DNA of 59,107 bases, taken from the NCBI GenBank assembly GCA_964449985.1, contig CAYVCG010000001.1, forward strand, positions 1 to 59,107, written 5' to 3'. Made by a program: the position numbers and the translations under genes. Under the pieces are notes generated by a model that worked only from the letters and a program-made list of their open reading frames with translations, ran no database searches and had not been told where the DNA came from. Shown one piece after another: positions 27,731 to 39,654 of this stretch. Positions within the stretch are counted from its first letter, which is position 1. Each line of letters opens with the position of its first letter. The DNA is from an uncultured Defluviitaleaceae bacterium. Its GTDB lineage: Bacteria; Bacillota; Clostridia; Lachnospirales; WRAX01.

Positions 27731-29506
27731 ATGGATTTATTTTCGGTATTTAGGCTGCTTGGCGGTTTGGGTTTATTTCTTTATGGGATGTCTGTTATGG
27801 GCAGCTCGCTTGAACGCTTTGCCGGCGGAAAACTCGAAAAGATTTTGGAAACATTTACTAGCAATCCGATAAAAGGTGTTATTTTAGGTGCTATTGTTAC
27901 CGCGATTATTCAATCTTCGTCGGCAACGACAGTTATGACCGTTGGTTTTGTTAACTCCGGAATCATGAACCTGACGCAAGCGATTGGTATCATAATGGGT
28001 TCCAATATCGGAACAACCGTAACAGGATGGATTTTATCTCTCGCTGGTATTGAGAGTTCGAATTTCCTTGTTATGCTATTTATGCCGAAGAATTTTTGTT
28101 TGATATTTGCGGCTATTGGCGCAGGTTTATGTGTTTTCTCAAAGTCTGAAAAGAAAAACAATATAGGTTATATACTTATTGGTTTTACTATACTTATATA
28201 TGGAATGGATTTTATGTCTACAGCGGTTTCGCCGCTTCGTAATGACCCTGGATTCCAGAATCTTTTGGTAATGTTTAAAAACCCGTTTATGGGCGTCTTG
28301 ATTGGTGCTGTTGTTACAGCGATTGTGCAATCATCATCAGCCTCTATAGGTATTTTGCAAGCTATTTCCTCCACTGGTGCAATTACATACTCATCTGCTA
28401 TTCCTATTATTCTTGGCCAAAACATCGGCACATGTGTTACTGCTATGATTTCATCTATTGGCGCTAAACGAGAAGCAAGGCGCGTTGCTTTTGTTCACCT
28501 TTATTTTAATATTATCGGTACTCTTATTTTCCTAACTATTGTTTATCTTATTCAGAACCTTATTGGCTTTGCCTTTTGGAATAATGCTATTCCGGACTAT
28601 GGGATTGCTCTTTTTCATACTATTTTTAACGTATTCTGTACACTTATCTTTTTGCCGTTTACTAAGCTTCTTGCAAAGCTTGCGACAATGACTGTTAAAG
28701 ATAAGGGCGAGCCTGTTGAAGTTATTCCTGGTGTTTCTTTGGATACGCGTTTTCTTTCATCGCCGGGTTTTGCGCTTCAACAATGCAAAAAAACCGTTAC
28801 AACTATGTGTGGTATGATTACTGATAATATTATGCTTTCCGCAGAGACTGTAAAAGTTTTTACGCCGGATAAGCTTGCTGGCATACAGAATGAAGAACAA
28901 AATATAAACCGTATTGCGGATCGTTTAAACGCTTATATTGTTCAGGTTACAAAGCTTCCGCTTTCGACGCAGGAAAGCCGATATATATCGAAGTTGCTGC
29001 ATTCGATCAGAAGCTTGGAGCGTATTGCGGATTCGGCAAAAAGGTTGGCTGAAACTGCAGGGAATGTGTCAGCAAACGGTATTATGTTGTCTGATGAAGC
29101 AGAAGTCGAACTTGAGCATCTCTTAGGTGCGACATGTGAAATGCTTTCGGGTGCTTTAAAGGGATGCGCTGATGATGATGCAAAAGTCGCAGCGGAAATA
29201 TATCCTCTCACTGAGGTCGTTCATATAATGTGTAATACATTTCGGGCGGCTCATATTGAACGCGTAAAACACGCTATGTGTTCGGCTGAGGCTGGTATAT
29301 ATTTTGATGAGCTTTTAGTCTGCTGTGAACATATTGCGGATAGGTCTGCGGCGATTATTATTCAGGTTATATCTCTTAAAGATGATAATTATAGAAGCCA
29401 AGAATATATAGAGAGCATTCATATGGAAAGCAGCGAAGAGTTTCGTGAAAACTATAATGCATTTAAAGATAAATATTTGCAGAACGCTGTTTTGCCGGCG
29501 AATTAA
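27731..29506 (+). CDS. Na+/phosphate cotransporter family protein (NptA-like) with C-terminal PhoU-like domain
   Basis: 591 aa with duplicated QSSSATT / QSSSASI Na_Pi_cotrans motifs and a helical PhoU-like C-terminus. GGAGGA RBS. Confidence 0.9.
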   Translation: MDLFSVFRLLGGLGLFLYGMSVMGSSLERFAGGKLEKILETFTSNPIKGVILGAIVTAIIQSSSATTVMTVGFVNSGIMNLTQAIGIIMGSNIGTTVTGWILSLAGIESSNFLVMLFMPKNFCLIFAAIGAGLCVFSKSEKKNNIGYILIGFTILIYGMDFMSTAVSPLRNDPGFQNLLVMFKNPFMGVLIGAVVTAIVQSSSASIGILQAISSTGAITYSSAIPIILGQNIGTCVTAMISSIGAKREARRVAFVHLYFNIIGTLIFLTIVYLIQNLIGFAFWNNAIPDYGIALFHTIFNVFCTLIFLPFTKLLAKLATMTVKDKGEPVEVIPGVSLDTRFLSSPGFALQQCKKTVTTMCGMITDNIMLSAETVKVFTPDKLAGIQNEEQNINRIADRLNAYIVQVTKLPLSTQESRYISKLLHSIRSLERIADSAKRLAETAGNVSANGIMLSDEAEVELEHLLGATCEMLSGALKGCADDDAKVAAEIYPLTEVVHIMCNTFRAAHIERVKHAMCSAEAGIYFDELLVCCEHIADRSAAIIIQVISLKDDNYRSQEYIESIHMESSEEFRENYNAFKDKYLQNAVLPAN

Positions 29507-29542
29507 AGTTTTATCTAACCTGATGGTTAAGGAGTTAATAAA

Positions 29543-30835
29543 ATGAAAAGTTTCTACGATGCAATTAAAGAAAAAGTATTCCTTTATGATGGAGCAAAGG
29601 GTGTTATGCTCCAAGATCGTGGATTGTGCGGAGAAGAAGCCGCTGAATCCTGGAATATCTCTAAACCCGATGAAGTGAAAAATGTTTATGAACAATATAT
29701 AACCGCTGGTTCCGATGTTATACAGACTAACACGTTTTCCGGCAATAAAATAGCTTTGGAAAAACACGGACTTGGTGAAAAAGTCTATGAAATAAATTTT
29801 GAGGGTGTACGTTTAGCAAAGGATGCGGCTGGGGATAGGCGTTATGTTACTGCATCCGTGGGTCCGACGGGAGGTTTTTTAGAGCCTGCGGGCGACTTTT
29901 CGTTTGAAAGTATTTACGATTCATTTGTCATTCAGCTTAAAGCTATTGAAGCCGCGGGGGCGGAAATCGTTCATTTTGAAACATTTTCTGATCTTAATGA
30001 ATTGCGGGCGGCTATTCTTGCGGCGGTGGAAAATACAGCTCTTTCAATAATTGCAACAGTTACGTTTAATTCCCCTAATAAGACGCTTTCTGGGAATCCT
30101 TCCGAAGTTTGCGCCATTGTTTGCCAATCTTTGGGTTCTATTATGGTCGGTGCGAACTGTTCTTCCGGGCCTGAAGGGCTTTTAGAACCAATCAAAAATA
30201 TGTATTCTGTGGCTTCTGTCCCTCTTTGCGCAAAAGCGAATGCGGGTATGCCTCAAATTTTAGACGGCAAAACGATATTTGACCAATCTCCGGATAAGTT
30301 TGTTGTGCATACACAGGCCTTTATAGATAATGGTGTACGCCTTATCGGCGGATGTTGCGGAGCAACGCCGGAGCATATAATGGCTATGAGAAGTGTGCTT
30401 GATAATATCAACGTCCCTTCTCTTGATTTAAAGCAGAACACATTTATTGCATCGCCTTATAGATTTGTTGATATGTCTGATAAAAAGTCTTATACTTGCA
30501 AAGAGCTTGATATATGCGAATCTGGGCTTGCTGATGGGTTTTTAAGCGGAGATTATGATGATATAATTGATGCGGCGATTGAGCTGGATGATTGTGATGA
30601 GGACGTTTTATTAATTGATTTTGGTGATTGTGGCACCTCTGATGTTTGGGACTTTGTTAGCAATTTTTGCCTAATGGTTAAGATGCCTTTAATTGTGAAA
30701 TCACTATCATCTCAGTTTTTGCAAAAGTTTTTACGCTATTATCCAGGCACGGTTGGGGTTGTTATTAATGATGATCTTGCGAGTGATGTTAATTTGTTTA
30801 AACGTTATGGAGCTTTAATTATTGATGAATTATAA
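29543..30835 (+). CDS. Homocysteine S-methyltransferase domain protein with uncharacterised C-terminal extension
   Basis: Hcy-binding (Pfam S-methyl_trans-like) N-terminal ~290 aa, with Zn-ligand context ANCSSGP and GGCCGATPEHI. The last ~130 aa are unassigned. Confidence 0.8.
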   Translation: MKSFYDAIKEKVFLYDGAKGVMLQDRGLCGEEAAESWNISKPDEVKNVYEQYITAGSDVIQTNTFSGNKIALEKHGLGEKVYEINFEGVRLAKDAAGDRRYVTASVGPTGGFLEPAGDFSFESIYDSFVIQLKAIEAAGAEIVHFETFSDLNELRAAILAAVENTALSIIATVTFNSPNKTLSGNPSEVCAIVCQSLGSIMVGANCSSGPEGLLEPIKNMYSVASVPLCAKANAGMPQILDGKTIFDQSPDKFVVHTQAFIDNGVRLIGGCCGATPEHIMAMRSVLDNINVPSLDLKQNTFIASPYRFVDMSDKKSYTCKELDICESGLADGFLSGDYDDIIDAAIELDDCDEDVLLIDFGDCGTSDVWDFVSNFCLMVKMPLIVKSLSSQFLQKFLRYYPGTVGVVINDDLASDVNLFKRYGALIIDEL

Positions 30836-30843
30836 GAACTTTA

Positions 30844-30878
30844 AAAGGGCCACTGTGTGAAAACAGTTGGCCCTTTAT
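30844..30878. terminator. Bidirectional intrinsic terminator (convergent genes)
   Basis: Stem AAAGGGCCACTGT / ACAG(T)TGGCCCTTT with one bulge and T-rich sequence on both strands. Confidence 0.7.
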
Positions 30879-30905
30879 GTATGCTATGTTGTATGCTATA
30901 TTATT

Positions 30906-31112
30906 TTAAAAGCCACCATTTTGGGCCATTTGCCTTTCTTGGGCTTCAATCATCTTTTTAACCATATATCCGCCTACTGATCCGTTTTGATAAGAAGTAA
31001 GGTCACCGTTATAACCCTTTGAAAGCGGCACGCCGATTTCGTTAGCAACCTCGTATTTAAAACGGTTCAATGCTTCTAATGCGCCAGGAACTGCTTTTCT
31101 GTTTTTTGACAT
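30906..31112 (-). CDS. Small acid-soluble spore protein, alpha/beta type
   Basis: MSKNRKAVPGALEALNRFKYEVANEIGV...GGYMVKKMIE matches alpha/beta SASP signatures. ATG at 31112 after AAGGAGG. Confidence 0.92.
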   Translation of the reverse strand: MSKNRKAVPGALEALNRFKYEVANEIGVPLSKGYNGDLTSYQNGSVGGYMVKKMIEAQERQMAQNGGF

Positions 31113-31132
31113 AATACTCACCTCCTTAATAC

Positions 31133-31162
31133 TATTATGCGGAGAGCGAGTTGTTTGTATGC
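31133..31162 (-). promoter_or_regulatory. Candidate forespore sigma-G/F-type promoter of the SASP gene
   Basis: On the minus strand: GCATA, 18 nt, CATAATA. This matches the GNATA-N17/18-CATNNTA pattern known for ssp genes. Confidence 0.5.
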
Positions 31163-31231
31163 TGGTAATTATAGCAACGTTAAAAACAGATTGCGTTTTT
31201 TATGATGCAACTATTTTTGCAGGTATTTACA

Positions 31232-31750
31232 CTAATATTTTTGGTTTATATAACCATCAATAAGAGAAGTTCTTGTTTCTTCAATAAAAACCCTTTCATT
31301 ACGCAATCTTTCCAGAATTATTTCGCTTTTGGAATGCAAAATCATTTCGTATTTATTTATTATAATTTCAAAAAGCTTACCTTTTAAATGTTTTGAACGC
31401 ACGACAATAAAATATGCGCTAATATTATTATAATCCAAAAGAGACAAAACTTTCAGCGTTGCTGCGTCCTTTTTTTGGTAAAAAAATTCCGCTTGTTCCA
31501 AGCTTTCGCGTTTAAGCTCATAATCATCAAATCCGGAGCTTTTAACACGAGAATTTTTTGCCATGGCGTTATAATATTGGTAATTAAACAAACCTTTTTC
31601 GACGGTGTCTATATTCTTAAACGGTTTTATATCTAAGCTTAAAACCGCATCCAAGTTATAACTCAAATATTCTGACTTTGTTAAATCGCCTTTTATATAT
31701 TGATTTATTAAGCCTTGCCTATACATAAAGTATTTTTCTAGTTTGTTCAA
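31232..31750 (-). CDS. Hypothetical protein
   Basis: 172-aa ORF with coding-like composition and no recognisable motifs. Confidence 0.6.
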   Translation of the reverse strand: MNKLEKYFMYRQGLINQYIKGDLTKSEYLSYNLDAVLSLDIKPFKNIDTVEKGLFNYQYYNAMAKNSRVKSSGFDDYELKRESLEQAEFFYQKKDAATLKVLSLLDYNNISAYFIVVRSKHLKGKLFEIIINKYEMILHSKSEIILERLRNERVFIEETRTSLIDGYINQKY

Positions 31751-31868
31751 GGGAAAACACCTTTTCTATTTTTTACAAGTAGCTTTGTCTTTAAAAAATG
31801 GTATAATTATTTGCAGATATAAATAATCACGTTTTAAATAGTTATGTGATAATTTGGGGAGTGATATT

Positions 31869-32300
31869 ATGAATCTGCCGGCCGAAAATAAATTAAAGCC
31901 GAGCAATTTCTGGGAACTGTATAAAAGCGAAATTGCACCTCGGCTTCGGGAAATTGATATTTTTGTTAAATCAATGGAAGAATGCGCAACTGTTAGCGAA
32001 GTCGCTTGTGCGCTTTCTATTTCTGAGGACGAAGTTTTACATATTATGAATGACTATGGTATTTCTGAAATAAATAAAAAAACATTTTTTGTTATTATGG
32101 AAAATGGAACAAGCAGTATCTGCAAATTATTTAAACGCGAATGCGATATGCATTCACCATTTGTTTATACCAAGCAAGATATCGCGTATATTTATGGGTT
32201 GGACATCAATCTTGTAAACCTTGCTTGCGATCAGCTTGGTATAGCAGAAGCTACTGCATATACACTGCCCTTACTATTTTCGCACATACCTGTGGTTTGA
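31869..32300 (+). CDS. Hypothetical protein (possible helix-turn-helix segments)
   Basis: ATG after GGGGAG. Two segments resemble HTH motifs (ATVSEVACALSISEDEVLHIMN and TKQDIAYIYGLDINLVNLA). No firm family assignment. Confidence 0.55.
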   Translation: MNLPAENKLKPSNFWELYKSEIAPRLREIDIFVKSMEECATVSEVACALSISEDEVLHIMNDYGISEINKKTFFVIMENGTSSICKLFKRECDMHSPFVYTKQDIAYIYGLDINLVNLACDQLGIAEATAYTLPLLFSHIPVV

Positions 32301-32305
32301 GACCT

Positions 32306-32854
32306 TTAGGCTATGAGGCCCACTTTTATTTTTTCTGAAACATTTATTCCTTTTAGTATTTCGACAAGCTTTAAGCCAAACACAACGGATGTTCCTGGGC
32401 CTTTTGAGGTTATAAACTTTCCGTCTAAAACTACGGAGTCACTTGTTATAATAGCGCCATGCAATCTATTTTCGAATGATGGGAAGCATGTAGCTTTTTT
32501 ACCAACCAACAGGTTCAATTCACCAAATACGACAGGAGCAGCGCATATGGCTGCAAGATACTTGCCATCATCATGATATTTTTTAATTAGGGAAAGCAAG
32601 CCCTTGTGCTTGAGGTAGTTCGCATGTCCTGGGCCGCCGGGGAGCACGAGCATTTTAGCTGCGTTTTGATTTATATTTTCAAACAATTCATCTGATTTAA
32701 CGCATATGCCATGAGAGCCTATAACATATTCATTCCCCGTTAGGGATACGGATATTACATTTATATCCCCTCTTCTTAAAATATCCAGGGTTGTTATTGC
32801 TTCCGTTTCTTCAAAGCCTTCGGTCAGAAAAAGGTATGCATCATAGCTTTCCAT
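32306..32854 (-). CDS. DJ-1/PfpI (ThiJ) family protein
   Basis: 182 aa with nucleophile elbow LAAICAAP and the LPGG motif. Confidence 0.9.
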   Translation of the reverse strand: MESYDAYLFLTEGFEETEAITTLDILRRGDINVISVSLTGNEYVIGSHGICVKSDELFENINQNAAKMLVLPGGPGHANYLKHKGLLSLIKKYHDDGKYLAAICAAPVVFGELNLLVGKKATCFPSFENRLHGAIITSDSVVLDGKFITSKGPGTSVVFGLKLVEILKGINVSEKIKVGLIA

Positions 32855-32904
32855 AGATTTAACCTCCTTTCATTAACAAAAAAACCAATTTTTTAGACAT
32901 ACAC

Positions 32905-32952
32905 AAAAACCTACTTTTAAAATGGATTATCCTGTTTTTAAAGTAGGTTTTT
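32905..32952. terminator. Bidirectional intrinsic terminator downstream of secG
   Basis: Perfect 12-bp stem AAAACCTACTTT / AAAGTAGGTTTT with T-tracts on both strands. Confidence 0.7.
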
Positions 32953-32985
32953 ATATTTTAGTTAAACTTGTGTTAAAACAGCGGC

Positions 32986-33231
32986 TTATTTAATAACGTT
33001 TAAAGCCAAGCAGAGGATCATAAAAGCTGCACCGCAGATCTTTGTATATTTCTCTAAAGTACCTTCTAAAGATCGGCCTTTGTTTTTATCCCAATATGTT
33101 TGAGAAGAACCCATGCCGGACAAACTCCCCGAAAGGCCTGTCGCACGTTTCTTTTGCAATAATATCATAACATTAACCGCAAGGCACAATGCGATAACCA
33201 AAGCTGTTAGGATAATAGCGAGAGTACTCAT
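32986..33231 (-). CDS. secG: Preprotein translocase subunit SecG
   Basis: 81 aa with two TM helices flanking the G/S-rich loop GLSGSLSGMGSS. Confidence 0.88.
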   Translation of the reverse strand: MSTLAIILTALVIALCLAVNVMILLQKKRATGLSGSLSGMGSSQTYWDKNKGRSLEGTLEKYTKICGAAFMILCLALNVIK

Positions 33232-33284
33232 CGATGAAACACCTCCTATGTTTTTAATTTATCATACCCATAAAAACTTTTATT

Positions 33285-33313
33285 ATTTTATCACAAACGT
33301 TGGTATATAGCAA
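33285..33313 (-). promoter_or_regulatory. Candidate sigma-A promoter of secG
   Basis: Minus strand: TTGCTA, 17 nt, TAAAAT, with TG at the extended -10 position. Confidence 0.5.
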
Positions 33314-33397
33314 TAGGTTTTTTTATTATTTTTATGGGTAAAAGCTGTAACATTAATTTTCCGCTATTACAGGAATAAGGGTCTTAGAGCCGGTGGT

Positions 33398-33441
33398 AAA
33401 AAACAATAAAAAACAATAAAAAACAAGCCCGTTTATGGGCT
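33398..33441 (-). terminator. Intrinsic terminator ending the nifJ 3' region
   Basis: Minus strand: AGCCC-AUAAAC-GGGCU followed by UGUUUUUUAUUGUUUUUUAUUGUUUUUU. Confidence 0.55.
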
Positions 33442-33549
33442 GTAGAGCAAGATAGCCCTTGTGAGGGGCGGTTTGTGGCAACTATGAGGTTGTAAGACCT
33501 TTCGGAAGATCCTTAGGCTTTGCCAGTAACCGCCCTTACAGGGCTACAG
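33440..33549. repeat. 110-nt imperfect inverted repeat (long hairpin) with CTGTAG/CTACAG termini; MITE/REPIN-like or structured 3'-UTR RNA
   Basis: Arms CTGTAG..GCCCTTGTGAGGGGCGGTTTGTGGCAA and TTGCCAGTAACCGCCCTTACAGGGCTACAG pair over ~30 bp with a few bulges. The hairpin is flanked by direct repeats TTAGAGCCGGTGG (33384-33396) and TTAGACCGGTGG (33561-33572). Confidence 0.7.
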
Positions 33550-33588
33550 CAGACCACCGATTAGACCGGTGGCCCTGAATTTATAATA

Positions 33589-37184
<3,596 letters not shown>

Positions 37185-37422
37185 CAATCCACACGCTTTA
37201 TTTTTACAACATTATCGCTGCGAAAACAATTTTATAAACTATTCTACAAACACTTGCGTATACAATAATAATTATAGTCATATTTGAACCAATTAGAAGT
37301 ATTTAAAAAATATTTGTATTTAAAAAGCTTTACCATGTTATTAAAATTTGATATTATTTGTAAAGTGATATATATAGATTTTGCTAAATCTATTAAATTT
37401 ATTTATTTAAATAAGTTCAGCC

Positions 37423-37547
37423 TGTCGACAATATAATAGAGCAATAATGACGCACAATGCGCGCCCCTACAGAAATTCGGGTTTTATGCCTTTGTATGGG
37501 CGAGCTTTGCCATCCGTTAGAAATTTTAGCATTTGTGGGCATCGTTA
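37423..37547 (+). repeat. REP/REPIN-like interspersed element, copy B
   Basis: TGTCGACAAT...ACGCACAATGCGCGCCCCTACAGAAATTCGGGTTTTATGCC...CCGTTAGAAATTTTAGCATTTGTGGGCATCGTTA. It aligns along its whole length with copies C and D. The second palindrome is degenerate. Confidence 0.85.
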
Positions 37548-37612
37548 ATTTATTTAAAATAAAGTTATTTTCTTACTTTATGTTATCTTAAAATTTTTAG
37601 GAGGAATTATGT

Positions 37613-38227
37613 GTGATAAATATTTGGATATATATTTCGTTTATTCCAGGGATAATTATAGCATGTGGATTGCATGAATATGTTAAAGCAGTTGTGAGCA
37701 CAAGGTTGGGAGACCCTGTTCCAAAGCAAAAAGGCAGGCTCACTTTAAACCCTTTCGCTCATATTGATCTGCTGGGTGCTATTTTAATATTAATAACCGG
37801 CTTTGGTTGGGCCAAACCCGTTCAAACATCTCCTATATTTTATAAGAATAGAAAAAGGGATACTTTGATTACGTATATTATGCCATCTGTTTGTAATCTA
37901 TTTATAGGTGTTTGCTTTTCTCTTGCATACAATTTGGCTTATCCTTATTTAGAAAATATAATTGTTTCTAATGCCGGCGTTGGTATGTTCATTCAAAATA
38001 CTATTATTGGTGTTGCGCTAATAAATATTAACATGGCGTTCTTTAATTTAATACCTGTATACCCTCTTGACGGCGCAAAGATTTTGAATATGTTTGTATC
38101 CGCAGAAACTGCCATAAAGCTGCAACGGTCGGAGCATATTTTTCAGATGATTCTTGTTTTCCTTTTGCTTATGGGATATATTGGCATGATAATAAACCCT
38201 TTTGTCAATCTTATACTGAGATTCTAG
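37613..38227 (+). CDS. Peptidase M50 (site-2 protease) family membrane protein with variant HExxK motif
   Basis: 204 aa; GTG start 7 nt after GGAGGA. LHEYVKAV..RLGDP...GRLTLNPFAHIDLLG...NLIPVYPLDG matches the YwhC-like M50 family, but the second His codon is AAA (Lys) at 37685-37687. Confidence 0.8.
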   Translation: MINIWIYISFIPGIIIACGLHEYVKAVVSTRLGDPVPKQKGRLTLNPFAHIDLLGAILILITGFGWAKPVQTSPIFYKNRKRDTLITYIMPSVCNLFIGVCFSLAYNLAYPYLENIIVSNAGVGMFIQNTIIGVALININMAFFNLIPVYPLDGAKILNMFVSAETAIKLQRSEHIFQMILVFLLLMGYIGMIINPFVNLILRF

Positions 38228-38236
38228 GTGATTTTA

Positions 38237-39022
38237 ATGTATAAAAACAGCGAAATCAATATACGGTTGGAGCATTTCGAAGGCCCGTTTGACCTTTTGT
38301 TCCATTTGATCGATGTAAACCAAATAGATATATATGATATCCCGATAGCGGAGCTGACAGATCAATATATAGCATATATTCGCTTGTTCCCCGCTAAGGA
38401 TATGGATTCTATGAGCGAGTTTATTTTGATGGCTGCAACGCTTTTAGAAATAAAATCAAAAATGCTGCTTCCAAAGGATACATACCATGATAATGCCGAA
38501 GACGAAGCCGATCCAAGAGATGAGTTGGTTGAAAAGCTTATTGAATATAAACGTTTTAAAAGCGTTATAACTGTTTTAAAAGAAAAGGAAACGCTTGCAG
38601 AGAAATCCTTTTTTAGACTGCCGGACAAAACTGTCAAAGTTGATTTTAATCATAACACAGATGTTGATTATGACGATCTTTTTAATGGTATAAGCATGGA
38701 TGGCTTGTATAAAGCCTTCGAGGATGTATTAAACAGGCGAGCGCTAAAAACAGATAAAGTTCGCAGCGGGTTTAATTCTGTTTCAAGGGATTTATATACG
38801 ATTCAGGAAAAGATAGAGCATATAGAAAACCTGCTTTTGCTTTATGAGAATATAAGCTTTTTTAATATCTTTTCACAAAGCTCTGGCAAGGCGGAAAAAA
38901 TAGTAACATTTCTTGCGCTTTTAGAGCTTATAAAGCTCAAAAAAGTTATTATAAAACAAAATAGTCTATTCGAAGATATTTCAATATACAAATGGAAGAA
39001 TGATGCCGTGTATGACGATTAA
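38237..39022 (+). CDS. scpA: Segregation and condensation protein A
   Basis: FEGPFDLLFHLI N-terminal kleisin motif. ATG 5 nt after AGGTGA. Followed by scpB. Confidence 0.9.
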   Translation: MYKNSEINIRLEHFEGPFDLLFHLIDVNQIDIYDIPIAELTDQYIAYIRLFPAKDMDSMSEFILMAATLLEIKSKMLLPKDTYHDNAEDEADPRDELVEKLIEYKRFKSVITVLKEKETLAEKSFFRLPDKTVKVDFNHNTDVDYDDLFNGISMDGLYKAFEDVLNRRALKTDKVRSGFNSVSRDLYTIQEKIEHIENLLLLYENISFFNIFSQSSGKAEKIVTFLALLELIKLKKVIIKQNSLFEDISIYKWKNDAVYDD

Positions 39023-39584
39023 TGAGTTAGAAAGCGCAATAGAAGCTATATTGTTTGCATCAGGCGAGGCTGTTCCGCTTTCAAGGATAGCCGACGCTGT
39101 TGAAACCGATGAAAAAACCGTGTACTATATAATACAAAATCTAAGCGACAAATATGAAACGTCTAATCGGGGCATAAGAATAACCGAAATAAACGGGGCA
39201 TACCAAATGTGCACCAACCCTGAGTATTATAATTATATACAAGCGTTATTAAGCTCACCGAAAAAAAAGATATTAACACAGGCGCTTTTGGAAACGCTTG
39301 CGATAATCGCGTATAAACAACCGGTCACAAAAAGCCAGATAGAAGAAATAAGGGGCGTTAATGCCGATCATGCCGTGAACAAGCTTATGGAGTATAACCT
39401 TGTTATTGAAAAAGGGCGGCTGGATGCTCCGTATAAACCTATCTTGTTTGGTACGTCTGATGAATTTTTAAGATACTTTGGTTTTAAGGATATAAACTCC
39501 CTGCCAGAACTGCCTCAGGATACTAATCTCTTTAAACAGGAAGCAGAAAAAGAAGTTGACGAGATATTAGGTACGAGCGGATAG
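39012..39584 (+). CDS. scpB: Segregation and condensation protein B
   Basis: AILFASGE..., LETLAIIAYKQPVTKSQIEEIRGV winged-helix motifs. Start uncertain (39000-39012). Confidence 0.9.
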   Translation: MTINELESAIEAILFASGEAVPLSRIADAVETDEKTVYYIIQNLSDKYETSNRGIRITEINGAYQMCTNPEYYNYIQALLSSPKKKILTQALLETLAIIAYKQPVTKSQIEEIRGVNADHAVNKLMEYNLVIEKGRLDAPYKPILFGTSDEFLRYFGFKDINSLPELPQDTNLFKQEAEKEVDEILGTSG

Positions 39585-39654
39585 GATATTTTTAAGGCTT
39601 GGGGTATTTTTATTAAAGTTTCTTTAAAATAATCAATCATTAGGCGGCGATTAC

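Noticed and set aside
27660-27872. 70-aa ORF overlapping the start of the Na/Pi cotransporter gene.
   Set aside because: It uses a different frame from the transporter, which has a strong GGAGGA RBS at its own ATG (27731). The ORF has no independent support.
29315-29767. 150-aa minus-strand ORF bridging the Na/Pi transporter and homocysteine methyltransferase genes.
   Set aside because: It overlaps both well-supported plus-strand genes and has no RBS, so it is an antisense artefact of AT-rich sequence.
33424-33585. The long hairpin downstream of nifJ considered as SRP (4.5S/scRNA) or 6S RNA.
   Set aside because: The conserved SRP domain IV sequence (GGUCCGGAAGGAAGCAGC-type with GNRA loop) is absent on both strands. 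For 6S there is no obvious large central bubble, and I cannot verify conserved features without a covariance model. I left it unassigned.
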